The notes under the pieces: model-generated | What the model saw: the letters and a program-made list of their open reading frames with translations, nothing else | Database searches by the model: none | What the model was told of the DNA's origin: nothing | Made by a program: the position numbers and the translations under genes | In this document: positions 19,301-24,946 of the stretch, one piece after another | Layout: each line of letters starts with the position of its first letter | Position numbering within the stretch: position 1 is the first letter of the stretch | DNA from: Candidatus Poseidoniaceae archaeon | GTDB lineage: Archaea > Thermoplasmatota > Poseidoniia > Poseidoniales > Poseidoniaceae | Assembly (NCBI GenBank): GCA_964218365.1 | Contig: CAXPMI010000009.1 | Coordinates: 3,632-67,631, forward strand | Direction: 5' to 3' | DNA length: 64,000 nucleotides

Positions 19301-21248
19301 AGCTTCCTTCATCCCTGAATACCTAGCACCAGGAGTTCCTTCTGGAATGACAGAGGACATCTGTCTTGCATACGGATGGGTTGGAGAGAACACAGATGCA
19401 ACACCAATGGAAGTAACCTTCGCAGTTACTCCTGTAAACGATGCACCTGAAGTACTAGAATGGGACCGCCAGGAAGGAGTTGTAATCTCTGACGGAAATG
19501 GAGAAGTTCCAAACTTCCCATGGAAGGTCACTCTAACCGAAGATGACGAGAACGTCAACAACTTGACATACGATCTGTCTGCAATGAAGCATGACAACGA
19601 TCACGAAGACGATGACCTCGTCTGGAGTATCGTCAAGGCTGACACCTGTGACTATGAGAACTACTTCTCTGCAACAATCGTAGGTGACGACATCGTCTTC
19701 GACCTGATTAAGGATGCTACAACAAACGCACCTGAGTGGGAACGTGACTACCTGAACAACGGTGGTATCCACCAGAAGAACCCTCTATCTGGTGAATTCT
19801 GTCCGATCACACTGTACCTACACGACACAGAGACTGCACCTGACTACATACCGAATTACGATATGAGCACAGCTAACTACCAGCAAGGTGAAGACAGTGT
19901 CACAATGTACATCCGTGTTGACAACGTTGCAGAGAACGTACCTGACTACTTCTTTGACAGTGTTTCCAAGTTCGACTACAACGAAGTATCCAACATTATG
20001 CCTAAGACAATGGTTCCAACAACTGTAACCATTGGACACGGTGGAGATGAAGGTCCATACAATTACGACCACATGCTAGAAGTTACCTTCTACAGCAACG
20101 GTTACAACAGTACAGACCAAACCGCTGAAGGATACGTCAACCTAGGTACAAACTATGTCATCCCACCTGCATACGGTGAGACTCTAGAAGTCACTGACAT
20201 GGTTTACATCACCTCAACAACAACCAAGATTTGGGTTGAGATGGATGTCCTAACTTGTGTAGACGAGAACTGTGACATGACAGCATCTCCAGAAGACAGA
20301 TACTTCGGATATGCATTCCCAGAGGCACACGCTTGTATCAAGAGCGATGGTACTCAGGGAACAGCATGGAGTTGTCCTGGTGAAGTAGGAAGTTCGAGTG
20401 TCGATGAAGATGGAAACCCATCTGCTGTCACACTAGAGAACAAGCGCCGACCAATGTTGGAAGACCAAGACTGGTGTAACAACTTGATGACCACAATGGG
20501 TAACGGATCTGACTGTGCTCAGCCAAGAACATTTGGCAAGACCACAATCGGTACAAACCAACAGATCCCAACCGTAGTTAGACTAATTGGAACTGCAGAC
20601 GTACCATCGTTCGCACCATCACTGATTGCTATCAGCGCAGCTGGACTATTCGTCAGCGCATTGGTTCTACAGAGCCGCCGTGACGAAGAGGAAGAAATCC
20701 TTGAAGAGATGACTCTTGAGGATGACGAGCAAGCGGTGAGCCCAGTTATCGCTACCATCCTAATGGTAGCAATCACTGTGGTTCTGTCCGGTGTAATCTA
20801 CGTCTGGGCATCCAGTTTGGCAGATACTTCTGCCAAGGGTGTCCCTCGAATGACATTCACTGTCGATTCGAGTCAGGCTGCTAACGGTGTAGACTCTTTC
20901 CACCGCATTACTGTGACTGGAAGCCAAGTTGAATTGGCTACCCAAGCTATTCGAGTAACATACGAATACACAGACCCTGCTGACGGAGAGACCTACAACG
21001 AGGTATACAACCTAGCAGACCCAACTGTCTACGGATTCTACCCAGGAAACTCACCTAGCATGGTCACCTTCGGTGACTCTGTAGGTAGTGAGGGTGGAGC
21101 TGTCAAGTCAAGCCTAGACACAGGTGACACAATCTACATCCGCTCAACCAACGACAACGGTGACCTCCTAGAGAATCTGTACATCGATGTCAGCTACGTA
21201 CCAAACAACGGAGCTGGCTCTGTACTGAGAACCTGGACTAACCTTTGA
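7224..21248 (+). CDS. Giant (4,674 aa) multidomain cell-surface protein: beta-helix arrays, cupredoxin, CBM9-like and cadherin-like domains, TM anchor, C-terminal type IV pilin-like module
   Basis: This is an uninterrupted 14,025-nt ORF. AGGAG at 7211-7215 precedes GTG 7224 / ATG 7227. The signal peptide is '[33 protein letters not shown]'. Parallel beta-helix (PbH1-type) repeats occur several times. 'VNDAP' cadherin-like motifs are present. See the sub-features below. Confidence 0.85.
   Translation: [4674 protein letters not shown]
15610..16330 (+). other. Right-handed parallel beta-helix (PbH1) repeat block
   Basis: Repeats of ~22-25 aa occur in series: '[11 protein letters not shown]', '[16 protein letters not shown]', '[17 protein letters not shown]', '[12 protein letters not shown]', '[19 protein letters not shown]', '[19 protein letters not shown]', '[18 protein letters not shown]', '[10 protein letters not shown]'. 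Similar blocks lie at about 11150-11800, 13130-13520 and 14230-14800. Confidence 0.7.
16390..16662 (+). other. Amicyanin/plastocyanin-like type-1 copper (cupredoxin) domain embedded in the giant protein
   Basis: The sequence is '[47 protein letters not shown]...[25 protein letters not shown]'. All four candidate Cu ligands are present: His (16515-16517), Cys (16620-16622), His (16629-16631) and Met (16638-16640). The C-x2-H-x2-M spacing matches amicyanin. Confidence 0.7.
18040..19460 (+). other. Cadherin-like repeat region
   Basis: Repeat ends have the typical '[14 protein letters not shown]' (about 18340-18380) and '[14 protein letters not shown]' (about 19415-19455) motifs. Acidic '[14 protein letters not shown]' type strands are also present. 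Confidence 0.55.
20619..20669 (+). other. Transmembrane anchor of the giant ectodomain
   Basis: The hydrophobic helix '[17 protein letters not shown]' is followed by 'QSRRDEEEE', consistent with the positive-inside rule. Confidence 0.65.
20709..21248 (+). other. Archaeal type IV pilin-like module (class III signal peptide + DUF1628-like body), in frame with the giant ORF
   Basis: An in-frame ATG at 20709 gives '[34 protein letters not shown]...'. This closely matches the conserved archaeal pilin N-terminus (..[21 protein letters not shown]..). A ~145-aa beta-rich body follows ('[17 protein letters not shown]', 'GDTIYIRS'). Confidence 0.7.
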
Positions 21249-21270
21249 TACGGTTGACAGTTGAGTACAT

Positions 21271-21390
21271 CTCATCCTTCCTTCGGGAAGGATGGGATGG
21301 CTCTAGTGTAGTATAATACCCAACTCCCACGGGAGATGGGGGATGCCCCACAAAGGAGTGTGGCCCCCGGCCTTCGGTCCTGGGGCCCTC
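21271..21390 (+). terminator. Cluster of four GC-rich stem-loops (two with UUCG loops) followed by a T-rich tract
   Basis: The four stem-loops are CATCCTTCC-TTCG-GGAAGGATG (21273-21294), CTCC-CACG-GGAG (21324-21335), TGGGG-GATG-CCCCA (21337-21350) and GGCCCC..TTCG..GGGGCC (21362-21387). They are followed by ctcccctctgtaactttctttcatcctttt. Confidence 0.45.
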
Positions 21391-21469
21391 CCCTCTGTAA
21401 CTTTCTTTCATCCTTTTACTTTCAACAAATCCAATAGCGATAGCCCTGAGGGGTATATTGGTGAGACAA

Positions 21470-22132
21470 ATGGAAAAGCCACTTTGTGTAGCATTCGATT
21501 GTGATGGTGTACTCGCTGACTCAATTTCGTCCTGGAGAACTATTCACGACCACTTTGGTACAAGTTCGAAAGATCTCCTTCAGAGGTTTATGGCTGGTGA
21601 GTTGACCGATAGCGAATTCATGGCTGCAGATATTGCACTATGGAAGGGAAAATCACCAAAGATTCACAGAGATGACCTGTTTAGGGCATATTCAGGTTGC
21701 AAATTGATGAAAGGTGCAAAGGAATTAGTTGCAGATTTGAAAGCAGCTGGTGTTCATGTCGCCATCGTATCTGCGGGTGTTGATTTGTACGTTCAGTCGA
21801 TAGCAGCTATGGTCAAAGCAGATGATTGGATTGCAAATGGATTCGTATTCGATGAAGATGGATGGCTGACAGATGAGGGGATTGTGAGGGTTCCATCTAT
21901 GGAAAAATACACTTCGATCAAAAGATTACTAGAGATACTAGATTGCCCACCAAATCGTCTAATCGCAGTAGGAGACTCAAGCATGGATTTGTCAATGCGA
22001 GTCGAGGATTCAACATTTATTGGCTTCAATCCTCAAAGGGAAACTGCAATCCAAGCCTTTGAAGAGGCAGGAATTACTGTTGTTAATTCAAAAGATTTGA
22101 ACGACTTAAGGCCATTTTTGGGTCTAGATTAA
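21470..22132 (+). CDS. HAD-superfamily hydrolase (phosphoserine phosphatase-like, HAD-IB)
   Basis: HAD motif I is 'CVAFDCDGVLADS' (DxDG). Motif IV-like is 'IAVGDSSMDLSM'. A cap-domain-sized insert is present. The first ATG is at 21470, and TTG 21458 is an alternative start. Confidence 0.6.
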   Translation: MEKPLCVAFDCDGVLADSISSWRTIHDHFGTSSKDLLQRFMAGELTDSEFMAADIALWKGKSPKIHRDDLFRAYSGCKLMKGAKELVADLKAAGVHVAIVSAGVDLYVQSIAAMVKADDWIANGFVFDEDGWLTDEGIVRVPSMEKYTSIKRLLEILDCPPNRLIAVGDSSMDLSMRVEDSTFIGFNPQRETAIQAFEEAGITVVNSKDLNDLRPFLGLD

Positions 22133-22233
22133 ACACGCTCATCCGGTCACAATCCAATTTAGCATTTGGAAAATTGATGGTTTCAAATCTTCAGTGTATT
22201 GCTAAACGCTACGCTGTGTCTCTGTTGCGAGTG

Positions 22234-22309
22234 TGGTGGGCCCGGTGGGAATCGAACCCACGATCAACTCGGTGTAAGCGAGGTGTCATAACCGCTAGAC
22301 CACGGGCCC
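22234..22309 (-). tRNA. tRNA-Val (anticodon UAC), 3' CCA encoded
   Basis: The reverse complement folds as a cloverleaf. The acceptor stem pairs GGGCCCG with CGGGCCC. The T-arm is GTGGG-TTCGATT-CCCAC. The anticodon loop is CTTACAC. The discriminator is A, followed by genomic CCA. Confidence 0.9.
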
Positions 22310-22363
22310 AACCCACCCTAGGTCCACCTCTTTTTGAATGATACCCCTGTACATTCAAGAAGT

Positions 22364-23068
22364 ATGGGTGACCACAGCGACACAATGGATGAGGAAGTCC
22401 AAGCCCTGGCAGCGCGTCTCGTGCGTCGTCTAAGGGAAGTAAATGCGACAATTACTCTCGCAGAATCGTGTACTGGAGGTCTCCTTGCAAGTACACTTAC
22501 CGATATTGCAGGGGCGAGTGAATACTTCAATCAGAGTTGGGTCTGCTATTCATATCAGTCCAAGATTAATGAATTAAATGTTGAAAAGGAATTGTTAGCA
22601 TCAAAGGGTGCTGTAAACGCTCAAGTTGCAATTCAAATGGCAGAAGGTGCAAGGGAGAGATCAGGTGCAGATATCGCCATCTCAATTACCGGAATTGCGG
22701 GACCAGTAGCACCTAATTCGAACAAGCCAGTCGGTCTGGTTTACGTTGGTATTGCATCAGCACATTGGGCTAATGCAGAATCTGTGCAGATGGGGGGTAA
22801 CAGATTTGAAAACAAGGTCTCGTTTGTTCACTTTGCTCTTAAGACTGCAATCGATTGTTGGGATAAGGCCAAAGTTAGACAAAAAGATGCAATCGCTGAA
22901 AAAGAAAAAGCAGCAGCTGAAGCAGCTGTTGAAATGGCAAAATCGGAGGCTGAAAAAGCAAGAAAAGCAGCCGAGGCAGCAGCAAAGACACCTTGGCAAG
23001 ATGAATCTTGGCAAGACCCCGGTAAGGCAATTGGAGATGATTTAGACGTCTCTTGGGAAAACGAATGA
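22364..23068 (+). CDS. CinA C-terminal-domain protein (NMN amidohydrolase PncC-like) with Lys/Ala/Glu-rich tail
   Basis: Motifs seen are 'TITLAESCTGGLLASTLTDIAGASEYF', 'GAVNAQVAIQMAEGARERSGADIAISITGIAGP' and 'KPVGLVYVGIA'. The start is uncertain (ATG 22364 or 22385). Confidence 0.7.
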   Translation: MGDHSDTMDEEVQALAARLVRRLREVNATITLAESCTGGLLASTLTDIAGASEYFNQSWVCYSYQSKINELNVEKELLASKGAVNAQVAIQMAEGARERSGADIAISITGIAGPVAPNSNKPVGLVYVGIASAHWANAESVQMGGNRFENKVSFVHFALKTAIDCWDKAKVRQKDAIAEKEKAAAEAAVEMAKSEAEKARKAAEAAAKTPWQDESWQDPGKAIGDDLDVSWENE

Positions 23069-23128
23069 TTTTCGGATTCTGCAACTTTTTCCGAACACCT
23101 CAAGAACATCCGATTATGTCTTCACGAT

Positions 23129-24658
23129 ATGGCAGCAGACCGTGCGCAGATAATGCAGCACCTTCGGGCTGCTGGAATTCCATTTGTTCCAAGTTCCGTG
23201 ATGAATTTTCTTCTTTCCCATTCGGACCCTGTTTCAGTGATTGAGGAAATAAAAAAATCAGGACTGAATGCCTTAGCAATATCTGTAGATAACCTCAGTA
23301 GTAATCCAGGCAGAGTCATCGCACCCATTGCTGCTCCAGAAACAGAACAGATTAGCATGCGAAATAACATGCCTGATTGGAAGAGACAAGATTTCCCGAT
23401 GGATGCAATCGATGCAATGATCGACATCAAAGTTCACTACGATATCACAGGGAACAGCATTACAGAAGGGAAAATGGGAGATATCAACGACGCTTTCAAT
23501 GACCGATTGGAGCGCTTAAGAAAACTGATAATTGCTAATTCTAACCTTCCACGCAGGCCAATGGAAATTGCACGACTGCAAGCAGAAAAGAGCCGATTCC
23601 AAGGTCGAGAAAATATTGCTGTAGCAATAGGTCTTGTGAATGAACCACGACATACCAAAAATGGACATTTAATGTTCAATATTGAAGATGCTAGCGGAGA
23701 GATTAGTTGTCTATTGATGAATAGAAAGGGTGATGATAGAATTATCGAGCATGCTCAAATTGTCGAAGCCGGTTTGATGCCTGATGATGTAATAGGTGTT
23801 TCAGGAACATTCTCTCAGAATGGAGATATGTTCTATGTTGATGATTTACACTTCCCAATGCAAAGCAGTCATGATAAGAAATTTGCAGAACAAGGAGTAT
23901 CAGTAGCCTTCCTTTCTGATATTCACGTTGGAAGCAAGACCTTCCTTGAGGCACAATGGCATAAGATGGTTCAATGGTTCAATACAGACCCGCTCGCTCG
24001 TACAATCAAATATCTGGTTTTGTCAGGAGATTGCGTAGACGGTGTAGGAATTTATCCTGGACAAGATAAGGAGTTGTCAATCAAGGATTTGTATGGCCAA
24101 TATTCACGATTTGCTGAGTTATTGGAACTTCTTCCTGAGTGGGTTGAGTGCATTATGCTGCCAGGAAACCACGATGCAGTAAGGCCTGCTGAACCTCAGC
24201 CAACACTGGAACCAGATATTCAACAGGATTTCAACACTACAACTTTCGTAGGAAACCCTTGTGATTTCAGTTTAGATGGAGTAAGGTTACTCTCTTACCA
24301 CGGTAAATCGATTGACGATTTCGTTGCCGGCCTGCGAACAGTAACCTACCGTGATCCGGTTGAGGCGATGAGGCAGATGCTAAGGCGTCGCCATCTTGCA
24401 CCGCAGTGGGGTGGAAAAACACCTCTTTCACCTGAGCCTGAAGATGGTTTAGTGATTAGAGAAGTGCCAGATATCTTCGTTACAGGGCACGTCCACGGTC
24501 ATGCCTGTATTGATTTCAGAGGAACCACACTTGTTTGTTCATCCACATGGCAAGACCAAACTTCCTACCAAAGGATGCTAGGTTTCCAACCTAAGCCGTG
24601 TATGTTGACAGTAGTTAACCTTGGAACTCACAAATCAATTTCGATTCCATTCGCTTGA
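23129..24658 (+). CDS. polB: DNA polymerase II (PolD) small subunit DP1
   Basis: An OB-fold region is followed by calcineurin-like phosphoesterase motifs: 'VAFLSDIHVGS', 'VLSGDCVDGVGIYPGQ', 'MLPGNHD', 'TGHVHG'. The size (509 aa) is typical. Confidence 0.85.
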   Translation: MAADRAQIMQHLRAAGIPFVPSSVMNFLLSHSDPVSVIEEIKKSGLNALAISVDNLSSNPGRVIAPIAAPETEQISMRNNMPDWKRQDFPMDAIDAMIDIKVHYDITGNSITEGKMGDINDAFNDRLERLRKLIIANSNLPRRPMEIARLQAEKSRFQGRENIAVAIGLVNEPRHTKNGHLMFNIEDASGEISCLLMNRKGDDRIIEHAQIVEAGLMPDDVIGVSGTFSQNGDMFYVDDLHFPMQSSHDKKFAEQGVSVAFLSDIHVGSKTFLEAQWHKMVQWFNTDPLARTIKYLVLSGDCVDGVGIYPGQDKELSIKDLYGQYSRFAELLELLPEWVECIMLPGNHDAVRPAEPQPTLEPDIQQDFNTTTFVGNPCDFSLDGVRLLSYHGKSIDDFVAGLRTVTYRDPVEAMRQMLRRRHLAPQWGGKTPLSPEPEDGLVIREVPDIFVTGHVHGHACIDFRGTTLVCSSTWQDQTSYQRMLGFQPKPCMLTVVNLGTHKSISIPFA

Positions 24659-24946
24659 TTACCACAAATGGTCTTCAAGTTCCCCTTCAGTCACTACTTT
24701 TGTGATTCCAGTAATCCCTTTGGTATCATCTACCAACAAAAGATGAATTGCTCGATTATGAATTCCCGACGTGAACTCTACTCCTCTATGATCAATCCCA
24801 ATTAGTGTTCCATCGAGTTCTGCAAACATCCATGCAGAAGTCGCTTTGGGCAAATCTTCCTGCCTTATCAATAGCCAGCGTAGTCCCTTCATCTCTTGGC
24901 GCAAATCGCCTTCGACTTCGTGAAACCATCTACTGTACATATTCAC
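24659..24946 (-). CDS. Hypothetical 95-aa protein, translationally coupled to pelota
   Basis: Its ATG overlaps the pelota stop by 4 nt (24943-24946). No motif was recognised. The coding call rests on operon position and plausible composition only. Confidence 0.4.
   Translation of the reverse strand: MNMYSRWFHEVEGDLRQEMKGLRWLLIRQEDLPKATSAWMFAELDGTLIGIDHRGVEFTSGIHNRAIHLLLVDDTKGITGITKVVTEGELEDHLW

Noticed and set aside
22100-22400. tRNA-Val and tRNA-Ala (46595-46670) as possible integration sites of a mobile island carrying the giant surface genes
   Set aside because: No integrase, recombinase, transposase or direct repeat of a tRNA 3' end was found near either tRNA. The flanking genes are housekeeping genes.
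22209-22530. ORFs 22209-22451 (-) and 22318-22530 (-)
   Set aside because: They overlap tRNA-Val(UAC) and run antisense to the cinA-like gene. Their Arg/Pro/His-rich composition is typical of shadow frames.
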